From the NCBI RefSeq assembly GCF_040509215.1, contig NZ_JBEVLL010000324.1:5857-69856 (forward strand): a DNA stretch of 64,000 nucleotides. Direction: 5' to 3'. A model generated the notes under the pieces. The model was not told where the DNA came from. It saw nothing but the letters and a program-made list of their open reading frames with translations, and ran no database searches. The DNA is from Devosia sp. Its GTDB lineage: Bacteria > Pseudomonadota > Alphaproteobacteria > Rhizobiales > Devosiaceae. Position 1 is the first letter of the stretch. Each line of letters opens with the position of its first letter. Both the position numbers and the translations under genes were made by a program. Shown here one piece after another: positions 44,068 through 53,692 of the stretch.

Positions 44068-45231
44068 ATGAAGCAACTCGCCCGCCGCATCACTGGCACG
44101 TCCAAGAAATCCTTCGGCATGTATGCTCGCGCCGCCGCCAGCGGCCGCGATGACCTGATCCATATGGAACTGGGCAAGCCCTTTGCGGATACGCCCCAGC
44201 ATATCAAGGACGCGACCATTGCCGCGATCCAGGCCGGCAAGGTCCACTATTCGGACCTGCCCGGTATTCTGACGCTGCGCGAGGCGATTGCGGCCAAGCT
44301 CGCGCGCCAGAACGCCATGGAGGTCACGCCCGACCAGGTTGTGGTCACCAATGGCCTGACTCATGGCTCCTATGCCGCCCTCATGGCCTTCATTGACGAG
44401 GGCGACGAGGTCATCCTACTCGAACCCTATTATCCCCAGCACATCGGCAAGATCGAGCTGGCGGGCGGCGTTCCCGTGCCCGTGCCGCTCGACGCAGCGA
44501 ACGACTACGCCATCGATCTGGCTGCGATCGAGGCCAGTATCACGGACCGGACGAAGATGATCGTCCTGATCAACCCGTGCAATCCAACCGGTCGCGTCTA
44601 TAGCAACGAAGAACTGACGGCGCTGGCCGACATCGCCATCCGCCACGACCTGATCGTGGTGTCAGACGAAGTCTATGAAGAGATCGTCTATGACGAGGCG
44701 AGACACATTTCGATCGCCTCCCTGCCCGGCATGGCCGAGCGCACGGTGACCCTTTTCGCCTTCACCAAGAGCTACGCCATGGATGGTTGGCGCATCGGCT
44801 ATCTGGCGGCTCCAAAGGCGGCTATCGGCGCGATACTCAAGATCACCGCCAATGACGTGACCCATGTGAATACCTTCATTCAGGAAGGTGCGCTCGCCGC
44901 GCTCAACGGCAACCCGGCCGTGCTGGCCGAACTGATCGCCGATGATCGCGCCAAGCGAGATCGCGTCGTCACCCGCCTCAACCAGATTTCGGGGGTTACC
45001 TGCCCCTGGCCGAAGGGCACTATCTACGCCTTCCCCGACATTTCCGCGCTCGGCCTCACGGCCCAGAATATGGCCGAACGCCTGATGGACGAAGCAGGCG
45101 TCGTCGTCGAGGCCGGCAGCTTCTATGGAGCCGCCGGCGAAGGACGCCTGCGGCTATGCTTTGGAGCATTGTCGCTCGAAGAGATCGATCAGGCTCTCGA
45201 TCGCTTGGCAGCTTTCGTCAGGACGCTTTGA
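44068..45231 (+). CDS. Pyridoxal-phosphate-dependent aminotransferase (class I/II)
   Basis: PLP-lysine context FAFTKSYAMDGWRIGY. Length 387 aa. Confidence 0.9.
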   Translation: MKQLARRITGTSKKSFGMYARAAASGRDDLIHMELGKPFADTPQHIKDATIAAIQAGKVHYSDLPGILTLREAIAAKLARQNAMEVTPDQVVVTNGLTHGSYAALMAFIDEGDEVILLEPYYPQHIGKIELAGGVPVPVPLDAANDYAIDLAAIEASITDRTKMIVLINPCNPTGRVYSNEELTALADIAIRHDLIVVSDEVYEEIVYDEARHISIASLPGMAERTVTLFAFTKSYAMDGWRIGYLAAPKAAIGAILKITANDVTHVNTFIQEGALAALNGNPAVLAELIADDRAKRDRVVTRLNQISGVTCPWPKGTIYAFPDISALGLTAQNMAERLMDEAGVVVEAGSFYGAAGEGRLRLCFGALSLEEIDQALDRLAAFVRTL

Positions 45232-45300
45232 GCGAGCCATTTCCGAGTTGCGGTTAGTGTCCGTTGCTCATACTAGCAAAGAACAAAAGGTCGGCAGCAT

Positions 45301-46044
45301 ATGGGGAAGGGTATTCGATTGCTCGAAAGCAAATTCTCAACCGGCGAGCTGAAACCAGTCTCCTCTCGAAAGACTGTACACGACCTGGTCTATGAGCAAT
45401 TGCGCGATGCCTTGATGTCGGGCGCGTTCGAGGCCCGGAAATCCTTCACGATCGCTTCCCTCTCGGAGCGATTTCATACCTCGCACATGCCGGTCCGTGA
45501 GGCGCTGCGGCGCCTTGCCTCGGAGAATGCCCTGAGCATTTCCGCCTCGGGCACGGCCTATGTTCCAGCCATTACCGCGCCGGAGCTGCGCGATATTACC
45601 CTTGCGCGCATGATCGTTGAAGGCGCGACCGCGCGCATCGCCGGCCCCCTGCTCACGCCGGACGACGTGGTCGCCCTCGAGCAGATCCTCAATCATCACC
45701 GGGCCAGCGCCAGCGCCGGAAACAACATCGAAATGACGGCGGCAAACCGCGCCTTCCATTTCCATATCTACCGCGCCTCCGGCAGCGTCGTGCTGATGAG
45801 CCAGATCGAGAACCTGTGGCTCCGCTCGGGGCCCTATGTTCGCTTTCTCTCCGACAGGATGAGCGAACTGCTCAAGACCGAGCATCGCGCTGGCTTTACC
45901 GACCAGCATGCCGCCATGATCGACGCCATCAAGAATAGCGACTGGAATGCCCTGGGCCACGCCTGCGAAGCCGACATTCGCGCCTCGCAGGATCTGCTTC
46001 TCGACATCCTCGCCGACGAAGACGGCACGACCAGCGCGCCATAA
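45301..46044 (+). CDS. GntR family transcriptional regulator (FCD domain)
   Basis: wHTH region VYEQLRDALMSGAFEARKSFTIASLSERFHTSHMPVREALRRLASE. Confidence 0.85.
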   Translation: MGKGIRLLESKFSTGELKPVSSRKTVHDLVYEQLRDALMSGAFEARKSFTIASLSERFHTSHMPVREALRRLASENALSISASGTAYVPAITAPELRDITLARMIVEGATARIAGPLLTPDDVVALEQILNHHRASASAGNNIEMTAANRAFHFHIYRASGSVVLMSQIENLWLRSGPYVRFLSDRMSELLKTEHRAGFTDQHAAMIDAIKNSDWNALGHACEADIRASQDLLLDILADEDGTTSAP

Positions 46045-46149
46045 GCCACTCACTTTTGCCGATTTGCGTTCCGGGTCGCGGAGCGAACTCTCACAGACCA
46101 AAACACTCCGTGATCATACGATCACACGCTGAAAACTGAGGTTTAGAAA

Positions 46150-46539
46150 ATGTCGACCGACCGCTGGGCAATTTCCTCTGGATCGAAATTCGAAAAGCTG
46201 GCGGGCTATTCCCGGGCGATCGTCGATGGCGAATGGGTTTTCGTGTCGGGCACTGCCGGCCACGATGCAACCGGCTCGATCTCGCCCGATCCGGAAGAAC
46301 AGACGCGCCAGTCGCTTCGCACCATCGCCAACGCCCTCGCCCAGGCAGGCGCCAGCCTTGCCGACATCGTCCGCCTCAATGTCTATGTCGCAGAGCGGCA
46401 CGACGTCATGACGGTCTCGAAAGTTCTCGGCGAAACATTCTCAGACCCGCGCCCCACCAACACAACAATCATCTGCGGCTTTCCCGTCGAAGAGATCAAA
46501 GTCGAGATCGAGGTAACCGCTCGCAAACGCGGCGCCTGA
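46150..46539 (+). CDS. RidA/YjgF family reactive-intermediate deaminase
   Basis: 129 aa. YSRAIVDGEWVFVSGT...VEIEVTA is typical of the family. Confidence 0.9.
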   Translation: MSTDRWAISSGSKFEKLAGYSRAIVDGEWVFVSGTAGHDATGSISPDPEEQTRQSLRTIANALAQAGASLADIVRLNVYVAERHDVMTVSKVLGETFSDPRPTNTTIICGFPVEEIKVEIEVTARKRGA

Positions 46540-46586
46540 CGACGATGATTGAAGACGGCTAGGGCATGTTGGGTGCTAGGAACGGA

Positions 46587-47447
46587 TTAGTTCAAGTCTC
46601 CCCTGATGCGCTCCAGGCGTGCCAAGGCTTCAGAGGTGTCCTTCTTGGACGCGACAGCGAGAGCGACGACGAGCGTCTCCAGCCATGCGAGTGTAGTTCC
46701 GTGTGTGGCCATGCCGCCAGTCTCTCCGCGTGGTAGCACGACCAACTGGTCGCATTTCTGTGCCAGTTCGTTTCGGGCATCACCGGTCACCAGGACAATC
46801 GGTATGCCAAGACGCAGGGCCTCATTGGCCGCTGCGCGAACTTCCGCGTAGACGCGATCATAGGAGAGGACCAACAGACCATCGTCGGGGTGGAGCTGAA
46901 GCAATTCGTCGGCAAGAGCCTTGCCGGAGGCGCGCAGCAACATGACTTCACGGCCATGGCGTCGCATCAGGTGGCCGATGTAGCTGACGATATGGGCAGT
47001 TTGGCCCTGGCCGAAGAGGACGATGCGGCGGCGGGCACCCAATATCTGGGCGACAGGAGCAATGGTACGTCCCGCCTCGCCATCGCGCAGATGAAAAAGA
47101 GCTTTCGCTTGCATATCGAGCGATCTCTCGATCGCTTTGCGCATGTCCGCTTGCGTTTCGCCGACCACCTTGCTGAAGGCCTTGCTGGGTGTTGATGCAC
47201 TAAGCGATTCAGCCAGGAGCTGCTTGAGTTCGGCGAGACCGCCGAAGCCGAGCGCCTGCGCGGTTCGCACGACGGTGGCGTCCGACGTTTCCAATATGAG
47301 GGCGAGATCGTGCGCGGATTTCGCCACGACGTCGAGCGGATTGCTGACGAAGTACAATGCGACGCGACGCATGGCCTTGGGCAGATCGGGCAGTTTGCGC
47401 TTGATGTCGTCGTAAAGCGTCTCGCTCAAACCGAGCCTCCGTAGCAA
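46587..47447 (-). CDS. MurR/RpiR family transcriptional regulator (HTH_6 + SIS)
   Basis: N-terminal HTH (AMRRVALYFVSNP...SDATVVRTAQALGFGG) and a SIS-like C-terminal domain. Confidence 0.85.
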   Translation of the reverse strand: MLRRLGLSETLYDDIKRKLPDLPKAMRRVALYFVSNPLDVVAKSAHDLALILETSDATVVRTAQALGFGGLAELKQLLAESLSASTPSKAFSKVVGETQADMRKAIERSLDMQAKALFHLRDGEAGRTIAPVAQILGARRRIVLFGQGQTAHIVSYIGHLMRRHGREVMLLRASGKALADELLQLHPDDGLLVLSYDRVYAEVRAAANEALRLGIPIVLVTGDARNELAQKCDQLVVLPRGETGGMATHGTTLAWLETLVVALAVASKKDTSEALARLERIRGDLN

Positions 47448-47493
47448 ACGCTACTTATTGCTACGAAGCCGGGCGACTGGCAACGGGTTTGTC

Positions 47494-48075
47494 ATGGCAA
47501 AACTCCTTAAAGCTCAGGCACTGCAATGGAACCACATCGGCCCGTGGAGTTTCCGGGTTGAGGCCGGGCATTGCCTTGGCATCACCGGACCATCGGGCGT
47601 CGGAAAAAGCGTTCTGCTCAGAATCCTCGCGGATCTGTTGCCCCACCAGGGCGAGGCTGAGGTGGATGGGGTCGCCTGCTCCGCTATGCCGGCGCCGACA
47701 TGGCGCCGGACGGTGCGCTATTGTGCGGCTGCTTCGGGCTGGTGGGCAGATACGGTCGCGGAGCACTACACCGATATCGGTGCGGCAAAGCTAAACGCCG
47801 GTCAAATCAGCCTGACGCCGGATCTGTTTGACAAAAATCCGGCTCAACTCTCGACCGGTGAACGCCAGAGGATGGCGCTGCTCCGGTCCCTGGAAAACGA
47901 TCCGGGCTTTTTGCTCCTCGACGAACCAACGTCAGCACTCGACGCGACGACGACAGCAGAGGTCGAAGCGTTGATCGCCGGAAAAATGCGAAACGGCATG
48001 GGCGTGGTGCTGGTCTCGCACGATGGCGGGCAGTTGGAACGGCTATCCAGTTCCATCCTCGAGATGCGCAAATGA
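47494..48075 (+). CDS. fetA: FetA/YbbL-like ABC ATP-binding protein
   Basis: Walker A GPSGVGKSVLL, signature LSTGERQRMALLRSL. Coupled to the fetB-like gene. Confidence 0.8.
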   Translation: MAKLLKAQALQWNHIGPWSFRVEAGHCLGITGPSGVGKSVLLRILADLLPHQGEAEVDGVACSAMPAPTWRRTVRYCAAASGWWADTVAEHYTDIGAAKLNAGQISLTPDLFDKNPAQLSTGERQRMALLRSLENDPGFLLLDEPTSALDATTTAEVEALIAGKMRNGMGVVLVSHDGGQLERLSSSILEMRK

Positions 48076-48872
48076 GCACGGGTTTCAGCACGCTTGAACT
48101 GATCGTGGCGGCTATTCTGGTTGTAGCGAGCGCCGGCCTGTCGCTGGCGCTAAAGCTGGGTATTCATCGCTCCATGCTGATATCAGCCGCGCGCATGGTG
48201 GTGCAGTTGCTGATCGTCGGGCTCCTCCTGCGCAGCATTTTTGCGATGACCAATCCATGGATCACGGCCGGGCTTGTGGCACTGATGATTCTCGCGGCCA
48301 GCTATGAGGTCTCCGCACGCCAGCAGCGCAAGCTTGCTGGTGCTTGGAATTTCATCGTCAGCGGCGCTGCGGTCAGCGCTTCGACTTTGTTCGTCTCGCT
48401 TTTTGCCCTGACCAGTGTTGCAATGACGCAGGATTGGACAGCGCCGCAGGTTGCCATTCCAATTGCCGGCATCGTGCTCGGAACATCGATGAATGCGGCC
48501 AGTGTGGGACTGACCGCGCTGATGGACGGCCTTGTCGCAGACCGAGACGCCATTGAGGCGCGGCTGGCGTTGGGTCATAGCAAGCGACAGGCCGTGCAGA
48601 AACTGATGCAGCGCGCGGCACACACCGGCACGATCAATGTCATCAACCAGATGGCCGGGGCCGGGATCATCACGCTACCCGGGATCATGAGCGGGCAGGT
48701 CTTGGCGGGACAAGATCCGCTGATTGCAGCGCAATCGCAGATTTTCCTGATGCTTTTGCTCGGTGCGGTATCAACGGCCAGCATCGTCATTGCCATCACA
48801 CTGGCGCTCGGACGATTGACCGACGAGCGGCACCGGCTGCGTCTCGACCATTTGCAGGGAGCCGTCGGATGA
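48072..48872 (+). CDS. fetB: FetB/YbbM-like (UPF0014) ABC permease, putative iron exporter
   Basis: Strong similarity by eye to E. coli FetB blocks (IPIAGIVLGTSMNA..; LPGIMSGQVLAGQDP). Confidence 0.85.
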   Translation: MSTGFSTLELIVAAILVVASAGLSLALKLGIHRSMLISAARMVVQLLIVGLLLRSIFAMTNPWITAGLVALMILAASYEVSARQQRKLAGAWNFIVSGAAVSASTLFVSLFALTSVAMTQDWTAPQVAIPIAGIVLGTSMNAASVGLTALMDGLVADRDAIEARLALGHSKRQAVQKLMQRAAHTGTINVINQMAGAGIITLPGIMSGQVLAGQDPLIAAQSQIFLMLLLGAVSTASIVIAITLALGRLTDERHRLRLDHLQGAVG

Positions 48873-50743
48873 GCGACAGACGAAATCCGATGCAGGCGGT
48901 CAATGGCTGGTTCGCAGGCCTGCTCGATCCGTTCCGCCAGCGGCAGGACCATGAGCCGCCGCCCGAGATACTGGGCTTTTTCTGGCACTATCTGCGCCAG
49001 GCCAAGGTGCCATTCGGTGCGCTGCTCGTCGCCAGCGGCGTGGTCGCACTGATCGATGCCGCGGTGTTCTACTTCGTCGGTCGCCTGGTAGACCTCCTGT
49101 CCGCAGCAAACCCGGCGAGCGGCTGGCAAGGGCTGATTGCCGGTCACGGTTGGGAATTGTTCGCCATGGCCGCGGTAGTCCTGGGCGGTCGAACACTGTT
49201 TTCGTGGCTGCTGATCGCGCTTGAAAGCATCACCATTTCGCTCGGCTTCCACAGCATGGTGCGCTGGCAGGCCTGGCTGCACGTGTCACGCCAGAGCATG
49301 ACCTACTTCAACAATGACTTTGCCGGTTCGATCGCTCAAAAGGTCTGGCAGAGCGGCCCGTCTGTTGGCGATTTTTCGATCAACCTGATCCAGACCGGCT
49401 GGTACATTGTGGTCTATACGGCGACGACGCTGGTGATGGTGGCAACACTCGACTATCGACTGGCGCTGATCGTGGCCTTGTGGCTTGGGCTCTTTGGGGT
49501 GATCGCGTGGCGATCCCTGCCCCGCATCCGCCGCTACACGGCAGAGACCGCCGAGGCCAATTCCGCGCTCCATGGCACGGTCGTCGATGCCTTTTCCAAC
49601 ATCACGACGCTCAAGCTCTTTGGGACGGACACGCACAATGACGGGCATATCCGTCGCGGTTTTGACCGGTTTCTGGAGGCCAGCCGGCGCGGGGCCAGTA
49701 CGGTTACCAATGCCTCGGTGACAGCTATTCTGCTTTCAGGGCTCGCCATCATTGCGGCGGCAGCGCAATCGATCGATCTCTGGGCCAACGGGCTGATGAC
49801 GACGGGAGCCGTGGCGTTTACGCTCGGACTGCTGCTGCGGCTTAACCAGATGCTGCTGGGCCTGCTCAATCAGTTCAACGTCATGATGCGCAATTTTGGG
49901 GTGGCGCAGAACTCGGCGACAGGCGTGGCGCGGCCGCACGGGGTGATCGATGCTCCGAACGCCAAACCGCTGCAGATCAGCAAGGGCGAAATCCGCTTCG
50001 AGCAGGTTCGCTTCTGCTATCATCCGGGGCGTCCAATCATTGAAGGCTTTGATCTGACGATTGCACCAGGCGAGCGCGTCGGCGTTGTCGGGCGTTCTGG
50101 CGCCGGCAAGTCCACGCTGATGAACCTGCTGCTGCGCTTCTATGATCTCGATGCCGGACGCATCCTCATTGATGGGCAGGACATCGCCCAGGTCATGCAG
50201 GAAAGCCTCAGGACGAGCATTGGCGTTGTCACCCAGGATACATCCCTGCTGCATCGCAGCGTGCGAGAAAACCTGGCCTATGGGCGCCCTGACGCGACGG
50301 AGGCCGAGGTCGTCGAGGCTGCGCGCGTTGCACAGGCGCATGACTTCATCGGCAATCTCACCGACTTCAAGAAGCGCGGCGGCTATGAGGCCTATGTGGG
50401 AGAGCGGGGCATAAAGCTCTCGGGTGGGCAGCGGCAGCGGGTTGCTATTGCACGGGTTCTGCTGAAGGACGCGCCGATCCTGTTGTTGGACGAAGCGACT
50501 TCGGCTCTCGACAGCGAGGTCGAGGCTGCCATTCAGGCACAGTTTGAAATGCTGATGCGCGGCAAGACGGTGGTCGCCATCGCCCATCGGCTTTCCACCA
50601 TCGCGGCGATGGATCGGCTGGTGGTGATGGAGGAAGGACGCATTATTGAACAGGGCAGCCACCAGCAATTGCTGGCGGCCGGCGGGCGCTATGCGAGCCT
50701 TTGGAGCCGGCAGTCCGGCGGATTTCTGGCCGAGGAAGACTAG
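48869..50743 (+). CDS. ABC exporter, fused TMD-NBD half-transporter (MsbA/multidrug-like)
   Basis: Six N-terminal TM helices, then GRSGAGKSTLMNLL, LSGGQRQRVAIARVL and ILLLDEATSALD. The ATG overlaps the fetB stop (ATGA). Confidence 0.9.
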   Translation: MSDRRNPMQAVNGWFAGLLDPFRQRQDHEPPPEILGFFWHYLRQAKVPFGALLVASGVVALIDAAVFYFVGRLVDLLSAANPASGWQGLIAGHGWELFAMAAVVLGGRTLFSWLLIALESITISLGFHSMVRWQAWLHVSRQSMTYFNNDFAGSIAQKVWQSGPSVGDFSINLIQTGWYIVVYTATTLVMVATLDYRLALIVALWLGLFGVIAWRSLPRIRRYTAETAEANSALHGTVVDAFSNITTLKLFGTDTHNDGHIRRGFDRFLEASRRGASTVTNASVTAILLSGLAIIAAAAQSIDLWANGLMTTGAVAFTLGLLLRLNQMLLGLLNQFNVMMRNFGVAQNSATGVARPHGVIDAPNAKPLQISKGEIRFEQVRFCYHPGRPIIEGFDLTIAPGERVGVVGRSGAGKSTLMNLLLRFYDLDAGRILIDGQDIAQVMQESLRTSIGVVTQDTSLLHRSVRENLAYGRPDATEAEVVEAARVAQAHDFIGNLTDFKKRGGYEAYVGERGIKLSGGQRQRVAIARVLLKDAPILLLDEATSALDSEVEAAIQAQFEMLMRGKTVVAIAHRLSTIAAMDRLVVMEEGRIIEQGSHQQLLAAGGRYASLWSRQSGGFLAEED

Positions 50744-51663
50744 CCGAGGAGCGCGGACTCGATGCCATCGAGCACGATGTCGGCCGCCGTCGGGGCAACC
50801 ATGGTGTACCAAGGCTCGATGACAACCTCGCGCGCATTTCCAGTGCGGACGGCTTTGAGCTTGGGCCAGGTTTCGGCGATCGCTGCCCGCGCCTCTCGTG
50901 CAATCGGGTAATCGATTTCGGCGAAAAATAGCCAATCGCCATCCATGTCAGCGACTTCATTCGGCGTGAGCTTGCGGATGATGGCATCGAAGCGCTGGGA
51001 CGCCGGACGCAGGAGGCCCAAATCTTTTGCGATGGTGCCGACAAACGCCCTCTCGCCGTAAACTTCCAGCCCCTTGGGCCCGATGCGGGCGAAGGAGATT
51101 TCGTCGCCACTGCGTCCGGCTGCGGCGAGACGCTGGCGCAGGGCGCTGGCACGGGAATGATAGCCGGCCATGATGCGGGTCGCCTTTTCGCGCTCGCCCA
51201 AAAGCTCGGCGAACAGCCGAAAATCCTGCTTCCAGTTGTAGCCGTAGCCTTCTGTGAGAAAGGTTGGCGCAATGGCATTGAGCTCGTTGAAGGCGCGGCC
51301 ATGGGCGCCGGCCGCGGTTCCGACGATGACGTCTGGTCTGAGAGCCGCAATCGCTTCGAAATCAAGTTGGGTGCGGGCGCCGACAGGCTTGATCGCCGCT
51401 ATGGCCTCTGCATGTTCGGGAAAAGCCTCGGCGAGATAGGCCGGCACGGGCGCGGGGAAGCCGTTGATGGTCGTGCCAACCGGCACCGTACCGAGATTGA
51501 TGGCCTGATCCAATTGACCTGTTGCCAACGTGACAACGCGCTTCGGACGCGTAGGCACGGACATCGTGCCGAAAAAATGGGTGACCTCGCGCGGAAAGAC
51601 ACCGTCCGCGGCAGTGCTGCCCTTGCCCTCTGGCACTTCGGTCGGAGCGGTAAAATCGGACAT
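50740..51663 (-). CDS. Siderophore-type binding protein paralog 3 (Peripla_BP_2-like), no signal peptide
   Basis: Starts MSDFTAPTEVPEGKGSTAADGVFPREV, with AAGGAA upstream. It is homologous over its full length to the two upstream paralogs. Confidence 0.75.
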   Translation of the reverse strand: MSDFTAPTEVPEGKGSTAADGVFPREVTHFFGTMSVPTRPKRVVTLATGQLDQAINLGTVPVGTTINGFPAPVPAYLAEAFPEHAEAIAAIKPVGARTQLDFEAIAALRPDVIVGTAAGAHGRAFNELNAIAPTFLTEGYGYNWKQDFRLFAELLGEREKATRIMAGYHSRASALRQRLAAAGRSGDEISFARIGPKGLEVYGERAFVGTIAKDLGLLRPASQRFDAIIRKLTPNEVADMDGDWLFFAEIDYPIAREARAAIAETWPKLKAVRTGNAREVVIEPWYTMVAPTAADIVLDGIESALLG

Positions 51664-51665
51664 GT

Positions 51666-52553
51666 CTATTCCTTGAGGAGGCCGATTAGCTGATCGAGTA
51701 CGATCCGCGCTGCAGCTGCGCCGGCATTGTTGAAGAAGGGTTGGTAGTCGACTTCGACGGCGCGGCCCTCCCGCACGGCCTGCAGGTCTGACCACCCCGG
51801 CATGGACCTGATCATGTCGAGCCCATCACCCTGGCCCGCATAGACAATCCAGTCGGCAGTAACGGCCTCTATTTCGTGGGGCTCGATGTTGCGCGAAGTT
51901 GCCTCAAAGCTTTGCGCCTCCGGACGCCGGAGGCCGAGACCATCGGCAATCGTGCCGACGAAAGACTGGCGCCCCATGATTGTCAGGCGTTTGCCATTGG
52001 ACTGGATAAAGGACACAGTTTCCTGGCGGGGATTGGCGGCCGCACTATCGGCATGGAAGCGATCGAGAAATGCCTGAGCTTTTTCGATGCGCCCCAGAGC
52101 ATGGGCCATCAGCAGGAAATCCACCTGCCAGTTGAAACCCTTGCCGCGCGTGACGACGACGGGAGCAATTTGCAAGAGGGCGGCGTAATTCTCCTGCCGG
52201 TCGCCGGCGAGATTCATGAAGATCAGGTCGGGTTTGAGGGCGCGGAAGACGTCGAGATGCGGCGCCTTGCGATCGCCGAGATCGGTCAGGCTGCCGAGCT
52301 CTCGCGCCAGATGGGGATGGATATGGGTCAGGTAGGGCTCGAAAACACCCGTTCCATGCCCCTGTGTCGCTGCCACCGGCACCACGCCAAGCGTGGTGGC
52401 GCAATCGAGTTGGCCGGTAGAAATCACCGCGATACGGCGCGGCTCGTTTGCGATCAGCAGTTCTCCGGCCTCATGTCGGAGCTGGCGTGGAAAAACGCCG
52501 TCTGCGGCGTCGCTGCCGGTGTTGGAGAGACTCGTAGGAGCGAGTGAAATCAT
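51666..52553 (-). CDS. Siderophore-type binding protein paralog 2 (Peripla_BP_2-like), no signal peptide
   Basis: Starts MISLAPTSLSNTGSDAADGVFPRQL. The in-frame upstream sequence is Arg-rich and not hydrophobic. Confidence 0.75.
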   Translation of the reverse strand: MISLAPTSLSNTGSDAADGVFPRQLRHEAGELLIANEPRRIAVISTGQLDCATTLGVVPVAATQGHGTGVFEPYLTHIHPHLARELGSLTDLGDRKAPHLDVFRALKPDLIFMNLAGDRQENYAALLQIAPVVVTRGKGFNWQVDFLLMAHALGRIEKAQAFLDRFHADSAAANPRQETVSFIQSNGKRLTIMGRQSFVGTIADGLGLRRPEAQSFEATSRNIEPHEIEAVTADWIVYAGQGDGLDMIRSMPGWSDLQAVREGRAVEVDYQPFFNNAGAAAARIVLDQLIGLLKE

Positions 52554-52568
52554 CGATGCTGATCCGGG

Positions 52569-52603
52569 AAAATAGAAAGAGGCGGGACCGCGAAAGCCCC
52601 GCC
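52569..52603 (-). terminator. Rho-independent-like terminator between binding-protein paralogs 1 and 2
   Basis: The minus strand reads GGCGGGGC-tttcgcg-GTCCCGCC followed by TCTTTCTATTTT. Confidence 0.5.
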
Positions 52604-52626
52604 CCGATGGGTCATGACGACGACGA

Positions 52627-53613
52627 TCAGTTGATCGTTGCCGAGATCTTGTCGAGCACGATGCGGGCGGCGGTCGGGCCGGCATTGAAGAAGAAGGGGT
52701 CGAAATCGACCTCTACCGCATGACCGGCGGCAACGCCTTCAAGCGTGCTCCAAAGCGGAGCTTCGGTGATCACCTTGATGCCATCGCCGCGGCCTGCGTA
52801 GAAGATCCAGTCGCCATCGGCCTGGTCCAGCAGTTCGGTGCTGATGTCCTCAGAGGTCTTGGCAAAGGTCTGGCTGTCCGGACGAGCTAGGCCCATGTCC
52901 TCGGCAATGCTACCGGCGAAGGACGGCACGCCGAAGATGCGCGTGCGGTCGCCAGTCGACTGGATGAACGACACCGTCGGCGGATTGGCAGCAACCGACG
53001 CGGAAAAGGCGTCCGCATCGGCATGATACTGGTCGAGGAAGGCCTGGGCCTGCTCGCGACGGCCGAGCGCGTCGGCCGTGAGCAGGTAGATGACCTTCCA
53101 GTTGACGCCAGTCGCATTGGTCACGACGGTCGGCGCAATCTTGGACAGGATTTCATACTGGGCTCGCTCTTCCGGCGTGTCCTCGGCGGCATTGACGAGG
53201 ATCAGGTCAGGGCGAGCTTCGGCAAGGGCTTCAAGGTCGATCTCGAGGCGAAGGCCGAGATCGAGAACCTCATCAAACTGCGCAGACAGATCCGGGTAGG
53301 CCGTAACGAGATAGGGATCGACGAGACCCGACTGCCCATTGCCACGTGTGGTCGCGACCGGCACGACGCCCGCAGCCAGGGCGCTGTCGAACTGGCCAGT
53401 CGAAATGATCGCCACCCGCTTGGGCTCGCTGGCGAGCGTCGTTTCGCCCAACACATGCTTGATCGTGCGCGGGAAGACGCCATCGGCGGCGCCGCTACCC
53501 AGATCAACCAGGGCGCGCGGCGCAGTGTGGATCACATCCTGCGCTAAGGCAGGCAGGCCGAGCGCCAGGATGGCGAGGGGGATGGCGGCAAGGCCGCGGA
53601 GAGAAATCTGCAT
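52627..53613 (-). CDS. Periplasmic siderophore-type ABC substrate-binding protein (paralog 1, with Sec signal)
   Basis: Signal peptide MQISLRGLAAIPLAILALGLPALAQ. Alternative TTG start at 53637. Peripla_BP_2-like body. Confidence 0.85.
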   Translation of the reverse strand: MQISLRGLAAIPLAILALGLPALAQDVIHTAPRALVDLGSGAADGVFPRTIKHVLGETTLASEPKRVAIISTGQFDSALAAGVVPVATTRGNGQSGLVDPYLVTAYPDLSAQFDEVLDLGLRLEIDLEALAEARPDLILVNAAEDTPEERAQYEILSKIAPTVVTNATGVNWKVIYLLTADALGRREQAQAFLDQYHADADAFSASVAANPPTVSFIQSTGDRTRIFGVPSFAGSIAEDMGLARPDSQTFAKTSEDISTELLDQADGDWIFYAGRGDGIKVITEAPLWSTLEGVAAGHAVEVDFDPFFFNAGPTAARIVLDKISATIN

Positions 53614-53692
53614 GATTGTCCGCCCGGAATGTAGCAAGCGCTACAGTGTTATGATAAGGCGATTGTAATAGTCAAATTAAACATCGCTCTCC

